Of a stretch of DNA of 64,000 bases, positions 1-10,537 are shown one piece after another (positions within the stretch are counted from its first letter, which is position 1; every line of letters starts with the position of its first letter). The translations under genes were made by a program, and so were the position numbers. This DNA is from a candidate division CPR2 bacterium GW2011_GWC2_39_35 (lineage in GTDB: Bacteria; Patescibacteriota; CPR2). The notes under the pieces were generated by a model. It saw only the letters and a program-made list of their open reading frames with translations. It had not been told where the DNA came from and made no database searches. The stretch lies in the NCBI GenBank assembly GCA_000995065.1, contig LBWX01000001.1:95563-159562 (forward strand). Reading direction: 5' to 3'.

Positions 1-390
1 CAATTCGGCCCCAAATAGTGCTGATTCTTCTCCTCCAGCCCCTGCTCTTATTTCGATAATGGCAGGCTTTTCATCATTAGGGTCTTTAGGTAATAATTCG
101 AGTTCTATTATCTTTTCCAATTTAAAAATGTTTTCGTTCAAATTTTCGATCTCTGTAGAGATTAGCTCTTTAAGATCTTCGTCTCTTTCTGTTTCAAGCA
201 TTTTGTTATTGTCGCCTAACTGTCTCTTAAACTCTTCTCTCGCTTTAAACTTTTCTACCAAATCCTTAAGGTCCGATTGTTTTTTTGCTATTTTTTGATA
301 CTTTAAAATGTCCCCGACAATCTCCGGTTCGCCAAGTTTTAAAGTTAACTCGTCATATTCTTTTATAATCGCTTTAATTTTTTCTTCCAT
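1..390 (-). CDS. prfA: peptide chain release factor 1, N-terminal part (gene continues beyond window start)
   Basis: Minus-strand translation from ATG at 390 (SD GAGGG upstream) gives MEEKIKAIIKEYDEL...EKPAIIEIRAGAGGEESALFGAEL, the class-I release-factor N-domain signature. Not in the ORF track because it runs off the window; the PxT vs SPF discriminating motif is outside the window. Confidence 0.75.
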   Translation of the reverse strand, partial: MEEKIKAIIKEYDELTLKLGEPEIVGDILKYQKIAKKQSDLKDLVEKFKAREEFKRQLGDNNKMLETERDEDLKELISTEIENLNENIFKLEKIIELELLPKDPNDEKPAIIEIRAGAGGEESALFGAEL

Positions 391-458
391 ATTTATTCCC
401 TCGCATAAAACAAATAAGCCCCATTAAAAATGGCGCCTATAATTTATCTTCAAATTCT

Positions 459-743
459 TTACTGATTTTCTAGTTTCTCAGCTTTTTTCTGAGCTCTTAA
501 GGCTTCTTTTTCTTTCTTTGCGGTGATCTGATCCCGAGCCTTAGAAGCGGCATCCAGTCTCGCCTTAAATTTATCAACTCTTCCGGCTGTGTCAATTAAT
601 TTCTGCTTACCAGTAAAGAATGGGTGACAAGACGAACAAAGCTCAACCTTGATAGATTTAACGGTTGACTTTGATTCCCACTTGTTACCACAAGCGCACT
701 CAATAATTGTTTTTTCGTAATTTGGGTGAATGTTTTTCTTCAT
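459..743 (-). CDS. rpmE: 50S ribosomal protein L31 (with Lys-rich C-terminal extension)
   Basis: [27 protein letters not shown]...[13 protein letters not shown] matches the L31 zinc-ribbon motifs. Confidence 0.85.
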   Translation of the reverse strand: MKKNIHPNYEKTIIECACGNKWESKSTVKSIKVELCSSCHPFFTGKQKLIDTAGRVDKFKARLDAASKARDQITAKKEKEALRAQKKAEKLENQ

Positions 744-947
744 AACAGTACAATACTACCACAAAAAACCTCTAAGATCAAGAAAAATACGTAACTTTTT
801 ATTAAGCGCAAAAAACAAAAGAAATCTTGAAACTGAAGCATTTTTGTGTTAGTATTGTACTGTTATAAAATAATTCACACACATTTAGACTACTGTATCC
901 TCCCCGATAATCATCGGGGTTGAAAAATGTGGAGGAGAAAGGAAAAC

Positions 948-1652
948 ATGATAGAAACATCAATGAAAGAAATGTTGGAAGCAGGTGTTCATTTTGGCCA
1001 TCAAGCGTTTAGATGGAATCCAAAAATGGCGCCTTTTATTTTCACGGTTAAAAATGGGGTTCATATTTTTGATCTCGTTCAAACTCAAGAAAAGCTGCAG
1101 AAAGCAATTGCCGTAGCTGAAGAAATCGCCTCTAAAGGAGGGGTGATCCTCTTTGTAGGAACAAAAAAACAAGCAAAAGAGATCATCAAAACTGAAGCCG
1201 AGAGAGCTAAAATGCCATTTATTAATGATAGATGGCTAGGGGGTCTGCTTACTAACTTTTCCACAATTGCCAGAAGAATTTCTTATTTTAAGGACCTGGA
1301 GAAACAATTAGAAGAAGGCGCCGACGCCAAATTATCTAAAAAAGATAATATACTAAGAGAAAAAGAATTCTGCAAGCTAAAAGGATATCTTGGCGGCATT
1401 AAAGATTTAAAAAAGCTACCGGATGCCTTATTTGTTATTGATACCCATAAAGAAGGTCTTGCTATAAGCGAAGCTAACAAACTGAATATTCCGGTAATCG
1501 GCATTGTCGATTCTAATGCTAATCCAGACCCGATAGATTATGTTATCCCGGGTAATGACGATGCTGTTAGATCAATAAAATATATTACTTCCGCCGTAGC
1601 TAGTGCTATACTAGAGGGTAGCGGAACTTTAAAGGAAAAAGAGCAAATTTAA
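948..1652 (+). CDS. rpsB: 30S ribosomal protein S2
   Basis: MIETSMKEMLEAGVHFGHQAFRWNPKM is the S2 N-terminal consensus. ATG at 948 is preceded by GGAGGAG; the track ORF starts 21 nt further upstream. Confidence 0.9.
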   Translation: MIETSMKEMLEAGVHFGHQAFRWNPKMAPFIFTVKNGVHIFDLVQTQEKLQKAIAVAEEIASKGGVILFVGTKKQAKEIIKTEAERAKMPFINDRWLGGLLTNFSTIARRISYFKDLEKQLEEGADAKLSKKDNILREKEFCKLKGYLGGIKDLKKLPDALFVIDTHKEGLAISEANKLNIPVIGIVDSNANPDPIDYVIPGNDDAVRSIKYITSAVASAILEGSGTLKEKEQI

Positions 1653-1679
1653 AAAACTAAAATTACAACAAAAGGAGTA

Positions 1680-2273
1680 ATGATGGCGATATCTGCGAAA
1701 GAAGTGCAGGCATTAAGAGACGCAACTGGCGCTCCAATGATGGAGGTCAAAAAAGCTCTAGAAGAAACAAGCGGTGATTTTAAAAAAGCTCAAGATTACT
1801 TAAGAAAAAAAGGTCAAACCAAAGCAGAAAAGAAAGCAGGCAGAGCGACTAAAGAAGGTATAATTGATGCTTATGTCCACGGTAATAAAATCGGCGTCCT
1901 TTTAGAAGTAAACGCTGAAACAGATTTTGTTGCCAGAAATGAAATCTTTAAGAATTTTGTTCACGACGTAGCGATGCATATTGCAGCAGCCAGCCCGCTT
2001 TACGTATCGCGCGATGAGGTTCCTAAAGACTTGATTGAGAAAGAAAAGGAAATCTATAAGGAACAGCTTAAAGCTCAGAATAAACCGGAAAATATTATAG
2101 AAAAGATTTTAGAGGGAAAAATTGATAAGTACTTTTCCGAAATTGTGCTCTTGGAACAGTCTTATATAAAAGATGATTCGATTAAAGTAAACGATTTATT
2201 AACCAATATTATCGCAAAACTTGGCGAGAATATCCAAATCCGCAGATTTTGTCGTTATCAAATAGGGGAGTAA
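1680..2273 (+). CDS. tsf: elongation factor Ts (short form)
   Basis: AISAKEVQALRDATGAPMMEVKKALEETSGDFKKAQDYLRKKG UBA-like N-terminus plus EF-Ts core; follows rpsB as usual. Confidence 0.9.
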   Translation: MMAISAKEVQALRDATGAPMMEVKKALEETSGDFKKAQDYLRKKGQTKAEKKAGRATKEGIIDAYVHGNKIGVLLEVNAETDFVARNEIFKNFVHDVAMHIAAASPLYVSRDEVPKDLIEKEKEIYKEQLKAQNKPENIIEKILEGKIDKYFSEIVLLEQSYIKDDSIKVNDLLTNIIAKLGENIQIRRFCRYQIGE

Positions 2274-2283
2274 AAGGAGATTT

Positions 2284-2841
2284 ATGACTGGAGACCTTCT
2301 AAATAAGTACGAGAGTGATCTTAAAAAGGCAATTGAATACTTAGAAAGAGAGTTATCAGGCCTCAGAACCGGTAAAGCAAGCACAGCTTTGGTTGAGGAT
2401 ATTCATGTCGAAGCATATGGCAACCCAATGCAAATAAAAGGGGTTGCAAGTATTAGCGTGCCTGATCCAAAATCGATTATTATTACACCATGGGATAAAT
2501 CATTGGTTGCAACTATTGAAAAGGCTATTAGAACATCCGAGCTTAACCTAAGCCCTGTCAATATGGGCGATAATATAAGAATTAACATCCCGCCCCTTAC
2601 AGAAGAACGAAGGCGAGATCTAGTAAAAATTGTTAAGGATAAAGGCGAAGACGCGAAAGTGGCACTAAGAAATCTTAGACACGAGGTGATTGACAAGGTA
2701 AAAAAGTCAAAAACAACTAGCGAGATCACCGAAGATGAGGCCTTTAAGCTGGATGAACAAGCTAACAAAATCATTTCTAAATATAATGAAAAGGTAGACT
2801 CAATTGTTGCTGCAAAACAGCAAGAAATGATGGAAATCTAG
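2284..2841 (+). CDS. frr: ribosome recycling factor
   Basis: 185 aa, LKKAIEYLERELSGLRTGKAS...VEAYGNPMQIKGVASISV is a typical RRF. Directly follows tsf; no pyrH between them. Confidence 0.9.
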   Translation: MTGDLLNKYESDLKKAIEYLERELSGLRTGKASTALVEDIHVEAYGNPMQIKGVASISVPDPKSIIITPWDKSLVATIEKAIRTSELNLSPVNMGDNIRINIPPLTEERRRDLVKIVKDKGEDAKVALRNLRHEVIDKVKKSKTTSEITEDEAFKLDEQANKIISKYNEKVDSIVAAKQQEMMEI

Positions 2842-2849
2842 GAGGAGAC

Positions 2850-3527
2850 GTGACCGAATCACCAAGGCATGTTGCTATCATAATGGATGGCAATCGTCGC
2901 TGGGCTAAAAAAAACAATCTTAGCATTAAAAGAGGCCACGAAGAGGGTTTAAAGACTTTTAAAGAAGTAGTTAAACAGGCGATTAAAGAAAAAATCGATA
3001 TTTTAACGTTTTACGCATTTTCGACCGAAAACTGGGGACGACCTCAAAAACAAGTTATCGATTTGATAGCTCTAATGTCAAATTTTATTAAAAATGAAGC
3101 CGATGAACTTCATCAAAACAATATCAAGCTAAAGATTCTTGGCGATGTCTCTCCATTCCCGAAAAGACTCCAGCAAAGCATTCAAAACGCAGTCGAAAAA
3201 ACAAAGAATAACACGACAATTATATTAAATGTTGCCTTAAATTACGGCGGACGAAATGAGATAATAAGGGCCGTCAATAAGCTTATAAATGAAAAAAAGC
3301 CAGTAACCGAAGATTCCATATCTCAAGTTTTAGACACTAACAATTTGCCCGATCCCGATCTTATAATAAGAACGGGTGGGGCTCAAAGATTAAGTAATTT
3401 TCTGATTTGGCAAAGCTCATATTCAGAATTTTATTTTACCGGTATTTTGTGGCCCGATTATAGCGCAGATGAGTTTTTAAAAACTTTAGATGAATTCGCA
3501 GACAGAGAGAGGAGATTTGGCAAATGA
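2850..3527 (+). CDS. uppS: undecaprenyl diphosphate synthase
   Basis: RHVAIIMDGNRRWAKK and the RTGGAQRLSNFLIWQSSYSEFYF cis-prenyltransferase motifs; GTG start; ends in TGA. Confidence 0.85.
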   Translation: MTESPRHVAIIMDGNRRWAKKNNLSIKRGHEEGLKTFKEVVKQAIKEKIDILTFYAFSTENWGRPQKQVIDLIALMSNFIKNEADELHQNNIKLKILGDVSPFPKRLQQSIQNAVEKTKNNTTIILNVALNYGGRNEIIRAVNKLINEKKPVTEDSISQVLDTNNLPDPDLIIRTGGAQRLSNFLIWQSSYSEFYFTGILWPDYSADEFLKTLDEFADRERRFGK

Positions 3528-3636
3528 ATTCTACTGCTATGCTTTTAAGTTCACTTAAGAGCATTAATGAAAAGATTAGAAAATATAAAAATCTTTTAAA
3601 AACATGGGCAGACCACATGCTCCAGAGGAGTTATTA

Positions 3637-4716
3637 ATGATCGCATTCCTTACATTTATTTTTGTTTTCGGGATTTTGGTATTCGTCCATGAATTCGGGC
3701 ATTTTATTGTGGCTAAAAAAATCGGCGCAAAAGTGGAAGAATTTGCCTTTGGTTTCGGACCAAAGATATTTTCCACAAAACGCGGTGAAACTAGTTATTC
3801 CATAAACATATTCCCGCTTGGCGGCTATGTAAAAATATATGGCGAGGAAGATGATAGCGCCAATGACCCCGCAAGCTTTTCTTCTAAGTCGCCTCTTAAA
3901 AAAGCACTTGTTTTAACGGCCGGCGTGTTGATGAACTTTGTCCTGGCAATTTTGATTCTGATATTCGCTTTTGTAATTGGCTTTAAACCAATTATTCCGG
4001 ACCTAGAAAAGTTACCGGGCGTCGTGGACAACCAGAAAGTCATTATCGAAAAACTTGATCCGGAAGCTCCCGCTGCAAAATCGGGAGTAGAAACTGACAC
4101 GGAGATTGTGTCTGTTGACGACACTAAAATAAATAACATCGTTACGCTTCAAAATAAAATCTACGAAAAGAAAGGTCAGCCGGTAGCTGTGGTGTTTAGA
4201 AAGAATGGTGTCGAATTCGAAAAAACATTAACCCCTGTTAAAAAAGATGCAATGTTTGTAATAGGAGTTACGCCAAGAGAAGAAGGCAGCATTAGGGCGC
4301 CATGGTATTTTGCTCCCATAGATGCCGTTATCCTAACCTATAACTTATCCATACTTACTCTAGAGGGCTTTTTCGGCCTTCTTCTTGGAATAATAAAGTC
4401 TCTTACTATCTCGGAAAACGTGACTGGTCCAATTGGCATTGCCATTATTGGGGGCGCTGTTGCCAAAACCGGATTTGGGTACCTAATGCAGTTTATCGCA
4501 ATGCTTAGCGTTACCCTTGGCGTCATCAATATTCTGCCTTTTCCAGCGCTAGATGGTGGGCACCTGTTTATTCTGGGTTACGAAACTCTTACTAAGAAAA
4601 AGATAAATCCGAAAGCTAAACAGATTGCAATTCTGGTCGGTTTTTCTCTCCTTATTCTTTTAATGCTGGTTATTACTTGGAAAGATTTACTTAGATTTGG
4701 AATTATAGGCAATTAA
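3637..4716 (+). CDS. rseP: RIP site-2 metalloprotease (M50, RseP-like) with PDZ domain
   Basis: HEFGHF zincin motif in TM1, central PDZ-like region, C-terminal LDGG motif. ATG 3637 with AGGAG SD is preferred over the track start 3604. Confidence 0.8.
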   Translation: MIAFLTFIFVFGILVFVHEFGHFIVAKKIGAKVEEFAFGFGPKIFSTKRGETSYSINIFPLGGYVKIYGEEDDSANDPASFSSKSPLKKALVLTAGVLMNFVLAILILIFAFVIGFKPIIPDLEKLPGVVDNQKVIIEKLDPEAPAAKSGVETDTEIVSVDDTKINNIVTLQNKIYEKKGQPVAVVFRKNGVEFEKTLTPVKKDAMFVIGVTPREEGSIRAPWYFAPIDAVILTYNLSILTLEGFFGLLLGIIKSLTISENVTGPIGIAIIGGAVAKTGFGYLMQFIAMLSVTLGVINILPFPALDGGHLFILGYETLTKKKINPKAKQIAILVGFSLLILLMLVITWKDLLRFGIIGN

Positions 4717-4734
4717 TACTTATGAAAGACTCTT

Positions 4735-5973
4735 ATGCTACAATCATTAAGCTTCTCAAAGACCAGAAGAGCAATAACAGAAGAAGCCGAAAGCGTTAAT
4801 CATAAACTTTTAGTAAAAGGCGGTTTTGTAAGCCAGCTTATGGCTGGTACTTATACATACTTGCCTCTTGGCCTAAGAGTTATAAAAAAGATCGAAAATA
4901 TCATAAGAGAAGAAATGGTTTCTCTAGGTGCCGAGGAGCTCATAATGCCCGCCCTCCATCCTAAAGATAATTGGGTACGCACCGGGCGCTGGGAAACAAT
5001 GGATGATTTATTTAAATTTACTAGCTACTACTCAAAGAACGAATATGCGCTTGGACCAACTCATGAAGAAATAGTCGTCCCTCTTGCCGAGCAGTTCATT
5101 TTTTCGTACAAAGATTTACCAAAAAAAGTGTTTCAGATACAGGAGAAGTTTAGAGATGAAAAAAGAGCTAAATCCGGTATCTTAAGATCAAGAGAATTTT
5201 TAATGAAAGATTTGTATTCATTTCATATTGACGAAAAAGATTTGGATGATTTTTATGAAAAAGTTGTCTGCAGCTACAATAGAATTTTTGATAAGGTAGG
5301 TATTGGTGATAAAACTTATTTGACATTTGCATCCGGTGGAACATTTTCAAAGTATTCTCATGAATTTCAGACCGAAACTCCGGCCGGAGAAGATATAATT
5401 TATCTATGCGAGAAGTGTGGGCTAGCGATAAATAAGGAAATTCTGGATGAGCAAAATATTTGTCCGGAATGCAGCAATAAGTCCTTAAAAGAGATTAAAG
5501 CTGTCGAAGTTGGGAACATTTTTAAGCAAAAAACCAAGTTTGCCGAGGCTTTTGACTTTAATGTTAAAGACAAGGATGGCAAGGATAGGTTTGTCGTTAC
5601 GGGAGCTTATGGCATCGGACTTGGACGGCTGATGGGCACTATAGTAGAAGTTAATTACGACGGAAAAGGTATCATTTGGCCGAAAGAAGTTGCGCCATTT
5701 CAGATCCATATCGTTCCTATCGGTAAAAAAGCATTAAGCGAAGGAAATAGACTTTACAAGCAACTTAAGAATTATGAAGTCCTGCTAGATGATAGAGATG
5801 AGTCTGCCGGAGTAAAGTTAAATGATGCCGACCTAATTGGGATACCCATAAGAATCGTCATAAGCGATAAATTGATTCAAGATGACAACCTGGAAATTAA
5901 GATGCGCCATGAAGATTCATCCCAAATAATAAGGAAAGAAAATCTTTTAGAATTAATCGCCGAAAACGTATAG
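4735..5973 (+). CDS. proS: prolyl-tRNA synthetase (compact form, Cys4 insertion instead of editing domain)
   Basis: Class-II N-terminus LLVKGGFVSQLMAGTYTYLPLGLRVIKKIENIIREEM resembles ProRS; C-terminal anticodon-binding domain IHIVPIGKK...; CEKCG...CPEC zinc knuckle inserted where the INS editing domain normally sits. Confidence 0.75.
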   Translation: MLQSLSFSKTRRAITEEAESVNHKLLVKGGFVSQLMAGTYTYLPLGLRVIKKIENIIREEMVSLGAEELIMPALHPKDNWVRTGRWETMDDLFKFTSYYSKNEYALGPTHEEIVVPLAEQFIFSYKDLPKKVFQIQEKFRDEKRAKSGILRSREFLMKDLYSFHIDEKDLDDFYEKVVCSYNRIFDKVGIGDKTYLTFASGGTFSKYSHEFQTETPAGEDIIYLCEKCGLAINKEILDEQNICPECSNKSLKEIKAVEVGNIFKQKTKFAEAFDFNVKDKDGKDRFVVTGAYGIGLGRLMGTIVEVNYDGKGIIWPKEVAPFQIHIVPIGKKALSEGNRLYKQLKNYEVLLDDRDESAGVKLNDADLIGIPIRIVISDKLIQDDNLEIKMRHEDSSQIIRKENLLELIAENV

Positions 5974-6026
5974 AGCCATAAGGCCATTGTCCTTGCTCGG
6001 TCGCTCTAAACGTGATAAAGTATTAG

Positions 6027-7082
6027 ATGCTTATGTTGAACAAATTATTTGGCTATTTTTCACACGACATCGGTATCGATTTAGGAACCGCAAATACCCT
6101 GGTCTATGTTAAAGGGAAGGGTATTGTTGTTAATGAACCATCCGTTGTTGCTCTAAACGTTAGAACCAAGCAGATATTAGCTATTGGCGAGGCCGCTAAA
6201 AAAATGGTTGGGCGAACACCGGCTAATATTGTAGCTTCCAGACCCCTGGTAGACGGGGTCGTTTCTGATTTCGAAATTACGGAGATCATGCTTAAGTATT
6301 TTATCGAGAAAGTTCACAAAGAAAGCTTTGCTTTGATTCCGCGGCCCAGAGTAGTGGTTGGAATCCCTTCCGGTGTTACCGAAGTGGAAAAAAGAGCAGT
6401 TGAGGATGCAGCTAAAAATGCCGGCGCTAGAGAAGCCTTTCTAGTAGAAGAGCCTATGGCTGCCGCCATCGGCGCAAGGCTGCCTATTCAAGAAGCTTCC
6501 GGCACAATGATTGTCGATATCGGAGGCGGCACTACAGAAGTGGCCGTAATATCCTTGGGCGGAATCGTAGCTTCCAGATCGTTAAGAGTTGCCGGTGATG
6601 AGCTAAATGATGACATAATTCAATATGCTAGAGACGAATTTAATCTTCTTCTGGGTGAAAGAACGGCTGAAGACATCAAAATTAATATTGGTTCCGCTTA
6701 CCCCTCAGAAAAGAAGTCTCAGACGGTTATGAGAGGCAGAGATCTAGTTACCGGCTTACCTAAAGCCATTCAGGTTGATAGTGATCAAATTAGACAGGCT
6801 CTGGCCAAATCGATAAGCGTTTTAGTTGATTCAATCAAAGTAACTATCGAAGAAACTCCGCCAGAGCTAGTGGCGGATATCATGGAAAACGGTATTGTTT
6901 TAGCAGGCGGCGGTGCGCTGCTTAAAGGGCTTGATGTTCTTATATCTCAATCCACTAAAATGCCAGTTCACATGGCTGACGATCCGTTAACCTGTGTCGT
7001 TCGAGGCACCGGATTAATTTTAGAAGACATTGATGCTCTAAAAACCGTTCTCGTAAAAACTCATTATAAAACACCCAGGTAA
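6027..7082 (+). CDS. mreB: rod shape-determining actin homolog MreB
   Basis: IGIDLGTANTLVYVKGKGIVVNEPSVVA, DIGGGTTEVAVISLGG actin-fold motifs. Confidence 0.9.
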   Translation: MLMLNKLFGYFSHDIGIDLGTANTLVYVKGKGIVVNEPSVVALNVRTKQILAIGEAAKKMVGRTPANIVASRPLVDGVVSDFEITEIMLKYFIEKVHKESFALIPRPRVVVGIPSGVTEVEKRAVEDAAKNAGAREAFLVEEPMAAAIGARLPIQEASGTMIVDIGGGTTEVAVISLGGIVASRSLRVAGDELNDDIIQYARDEFNLLLGERTAEDIKINIGSAYPSEKKSQTVMRGRDLVTGLPKAIQVDSDQIRQALAKSISVLVDSIKVTIEETPPELVADIMENGIVLAGGGALLKGLDVLISQSTKMPVHMADDPLTCVVRGTGLILEDIDALKTVLVKTHYKTPR

Positions 7083-7094
7083 TCATTTTTAGTT

Positions 7095-7877
7095 ATGAAT
7101 AAGAAAAAGTTTATTACACTTATAGTAAGCATTGCACTCATCATCATCTTTTTACATTATAAAGGGGTATCTAATAAAGTAGAAGGAAAGCTTCAGCAGA
7201 CAACGTCGCCTATAGGAGTCGTTCTATCTGAATTCAGTGCAAAAATAAAATTTTATTACAGTTTAGTAACGCATATCGGACAACTCCAATCCGAGAACAA
7301 CGAACTTAAAAAAACGAACAACGAACTGCAATCTAAGATAGCCGAGCTAGATGAGGATAAAAGAGAAAACGATAATCTAAAGAAACTTCTAAGATTCAGC
7401 GAAGACAGCAAAGTTAATTGGATTCCGGCTGATATTTCCGCATTTGATTCCAGTAACATTAGGCAAGCGGTTACGATAAACAAGGGGAGTAAAGATGGTA
7501 TCAAAGAAGGCAGCAGCGTTATTTCGGAAGGTTTTTTAATTGGCAAAGTGATTGAGCTTCGCGAAAACTCAGCCATGGTTCTTTTGGTAATTGATCCAAC
7601 GTCAAGCATTCCGGTAACCGTTCAGGGAACATTAGCCTCCGGCCTTGTTAAGGGTCAAATCGGTTTTGGTTTAACATTAGAAAATGTACCGCAAGGTGAG
7701 AAAATATCTAAGGGAGACATTATTCTCACATCCGGTCTTGGTGGAGAATTTCCTAGAGGCCTAATTATTGGAAAGATCGAAGAGGTTTTAAATAAAGACA
7801 ATGGCATATTTCAACAGGCGGAAGTCCGCCCAGCCGCAGATTTTAAAATTCTAAAACAGGTTTTAATCGTTAACTAA
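7095..7877 (+). CDS. mreC: rod shape-determining protein MreC
   Basis: N-terminal TM, coiled coil (LQSENNELKKTNNELQSKIAEL), C-terminal beta domain; positioned after mreB. Confidence 0.7.
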   Translation: MNKKKFITLIVSIALIIIFLHYKGVSNKVEGKLQQTTSPIGVVLSEFSAKIKFYYSLVTHIGQLQSENNELKKTNNELQSKIAELDEDKRENDNLKKLLRFSEDSKVNWIPADISAFDSSNIRQAVTINKGSKDGIKEGSSVISEGFLIGKVIELRENSAMVLLVIDPTSSIPVTVQGTLASGLVKGQIGFGLTLENVPQGEKISKGDIILTSGLGGEFPRGLIIGKIEEVLNKDNGIFQQAEVRPAADFKILKQVLIVN

Positions 7878-8395
7878 TGTGGTATCTAATCTCCACTATT
7901 ATTTTAATACTTGTGGCGACTATTCAGAATTCGCTATTTGAATCCTTTAAACATATCGGCTTAATTCCGAATTTTGCTTTAGTCATATTTATTTATCTCT
8001 TAGTGTATGAGGATTTTAAAAAGGCGTTTCCGTTAAGTTTGGTACTAGGCATCGCAATGGATATTATGTCGACGGGAATCTTTGGCTTTTATATCGTCTT
8101 TTTTATTTTGCTTTCACTCACCATAGACTTTATTAAGCATAATATTGGCAGATCTAAGAGCCTTTCCTTGGTTATTATAATTACAGCTATCTCAAGCTTT
8201 ACCCTAATTTTTTTCGAGCTACTAAGCGTTATTTTAACCCTAAAAGGAATTGGCCTCACTTCAATTGTTACGATAATGAAACAGTTATCCGTGGGCGCTC
8301 TGGCTAGTATTGTTGCGTCCATTATCGTAAAGCCACTTTTTCAAGCTATATATTCATTCTCTGAAAGAAATAAGGGCATGGTTCATTATGAGTAA
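7877..8395 (+). CDS. mreD: rod shape-determining protein MreD (polytopic membrane)
   Basis: 172-aa multi-TM protein following mreC; assigned from operon position and hydrophobicity only. Confidence 0.5.
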   Translation: MWYLISTIILILVATIQNSLFESFKHIGLIPNFALVIFIYLLVYEDFKKAFPLSLVLGIAMDIMSTGIFGFYIVFFILLSLTIDFIKHNIGRSKSLSLVIIITAISSFTLIFFELLSVILTLKGIGLTSIVTIMKQLSVGALASIVASIIVKPLFQAIYSFSERNKGMVHYE

Positions 8396-10331
8396 GAAAA
8401 GGAATGTTTTTAATGCAATTGTGGGAATGAGTGCCAATCCCGGTAAATGGAAGCTTAAAGAATCTTTCTTAAAAAAGCACGAAAAATGGATTGATGGCAT
8501 TCTTCCGGGCGACGCTGACGCCGGAATCTATGAAGAACAACGTTCGGAGAATCCTTTAAAATTACTACGAATTATATTTGTCTTCTGTCTGGCCATCTTA
8601 ATTGGCAAACTTTATTTCCTCCAGATCGTAAACGGCGAAAACAGCTTAAAAAAAGCGGAGGGAAACCGCGTTAGAGAAAAGGTTATAAGAGCCGAAAGGG
8701 GCGCTATTTATGACCGAAACAAAACCTTACTCGTAAAAAATGTTGGTAATTATGAAGTCTCAGTAATCCCTTCCGACTTACCCAAAAAAGAGGACGATAG
8801 AAATAAGATTTACGAGAACTTGGCAAAAATAATCTCTATGCCGAAAGAGGAAGTTAAGAAAGCCTCGGAAGAAAAGGGTCTTACGCAAAGCGAGCCAATT
8901 CTTATCAAAAAAACAATTGATAGAGATACCTCGTTACTTCTAGAAAGTAAAATTTTGGATTTACCTGGCGTCAATGTCTCCGTTAATCCAATAAGAGACT
9001 ACTTGGACAAAACTTTACTTGCTCACGTTTTAGGATATGTCGGAAGAATTTCCGAAGATGAGCTTAGCCAAAATAAGGACAGAGGGTATCATCTAACTGA
9101 TTATTTTGGCAAGAGCGGCATCGAAAAGCAGTACGAGAATGATCTTAGAGGTAAAGACGGAGCCAAAAGAAGCGAAGTTGATGCTTCCGGCAAGATTGTA
9201 AAACTAATTGGCGAGATTGAACCAAGTCCGGGAAAAGATTTGGTCTTAAGTATTGACTATGGCTTGCAGCAAAAAATGGCCGAGAGCCTTCAGGCGTCGT
9301 TAGATAAAGCAAAGGTCAAAAAAGGTGCTGCAATTGCCTTAAACCCCAATAATGGCGAAGTTTTAGCCATGGTCAATTTACCCACTTACGATGGCAATCT
9401 TTTCTCTAAAGGGATTTCAGAAGCCGATTTTAAAAAATTAAACGAAGATGAAAACCAACCCTTGCTTGCTAGGGCCATTCTCGGACAATACCCTTCGGGA
9501 TCGATTATTAAGCCGCTTTTTGCGGCAGCAGCGCTAGAAGAAAAGATAATTAATAGAAACACAAGCATCTTATCTAATGGAGGAATTAAAATCGGCGACT
9601 TTAGTTTTCCAGACTGGAAGCCGGGTGGACACGGAATGACCAACGTTACAAAGGCGATTGCCGAATCTGTAAACACCTTTTTTTATGCTATCTCCGGGGG
9701 CTGGGAAAATATTAAGGGTCTGGGAGCTGACAAAATGAAACTTTATCTGGAAAAATTCGGCCTTGGCAAGGATAGCGGAATTGATTTGCCCGGCGAAAGC
9801 ATCGGCCGCATCCCGGATCCAAAATGGAAAGAAGAAGCCAAGAAAGAGCCCTGGTATTTAGGAGATACGTACCATTTTGGTATTGGTCAAGGAGACTTAG
9901 AAATAACCCCGATTCAGATGGCAAAAGCAATTTCCGCAATTGCAAATGGCGGCACGCTTTATAAACCAAGACTAGTAAAAGAAATTGTTGATTCTAACGA
10001 TAAAAATAGCGTTAAAATAATTGAGCCACAAAAGGAAACCGAAAACGTTATTAGTAAAGAAAACATAGATATTGTTAAAGAAGGCATGAGACAAACAGTC
10101 ACAGCAGGCAGCGCCAGAAGCTTAAATGATTTGCCGGTTCCGATAGCAGGAAAGACAGGCACGGCGCAGTATGGCGCAAATAACGAACATCGGCATGCTT
10201 GGTTTACCAGCTTTGCGCCCTATCCAAATCCAGAAATTGTTCTCCTTATACTTGTAGAAGGAGGGGGCGAGGGTTCGGAATTTGCCGCTCCGGTTGCTAA
10301 AGATGTTTATAAATATTATTTTAAGAAGTAA
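8388..10331 (+). CDS. mrdA: penicillin-binding protein 2 (elongasome transpeptidase)
   Basis: N-terminal TM anchor, SGSIIKP (SxxK), KTGTA motifs; follows mreBCD. Confidence 0.8.
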   Translation: MSKKRNVFNAIVGMSANPGKWKLKESFLKKHEKWIDGILPGDADAGIYEEQRSENPLKLLRIIFVFCLAILIGKLYFLQIVNGENSLKKAEGNRVREKVIRAERGAIYDRNKTLLVKNVGNYEVSVIPSDLPKKEDDRNKIYENLAKIISMPKEEVKKASEEKGLTQSEPILIKKTIDRDTSLLLESKILDLPGVNVSVNPIRDYLDKTLLAHVLGYVGRISEDELSQNKDRGYHLTDYFGKSGIEKQYENDLRGKDGAKRSEVDASGKIVKLIGEIEPSPGKDLVLSIDYGLQQKMAESLQASLDKAKVKKGAAIALNPNNGEVLAMVNLPTYDGNLFSKGISEADFKKLNEDENQPLLARAILGQYPSGSIIKPLFAAAALEEKIINRNTSILSNGGIKIGDFSFPDWKPGGHGMTNVTKAIAESVNTFFYAISGGWENIKGLGADKMKLYLEKFGLGKDSGIDLPGESIGRIPDPKWKEEAKKEPWYLGDTYHFGIGQGDLEITPIQMAKAISAIANGGTLYKPRLVKEIVDSNDKNSVKIIEPQKETENVISKENIDIVKEGMRQTVTAGSARSLNDLPVPIAGKTGTAQYGANNEHRHAWFTSFAPYPNPEIVLLILVEGGGEGSEFAAPVAKDVYKYYFKK

Positions 10332-10377
10332 TTTAGCTTTTTGGTTATTATGACAAAGCAGACGAAAGTTTTTATAC

Positions 10378-10407
10378 TTGACAGCGAAAACATAACCATG
10401 TTATATT
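10378..10407 (+). promoter_or_regulatory. candidate sigma70-type promoter for greA
   Basis: TTGACA, 17-nt spacer, TTATAT about 130 nt upstream of greA ATG. Confidence 0.35.
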
Positions 10408-10537
10408 TCTTCCATCATCATTTAAGATAATGATCGTGGGCTCCAGCGGCTCATTTTCTTATTATCAAAACCTGTAAGACAACAAACGGGATTAGGTAAT
10501 AAGAAAATTTTATCTAACAGGGTAAACGAGGTGAAAA

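Noticed and set aside
59-298. 79-aa plus-strand ORF of low-complexity Ser/Leu-rich sequence
   Set aside because: Lies entirely antisense to the well-supported prfA N-terminus on the minus strand; low-complexity composition; shadow ORF.
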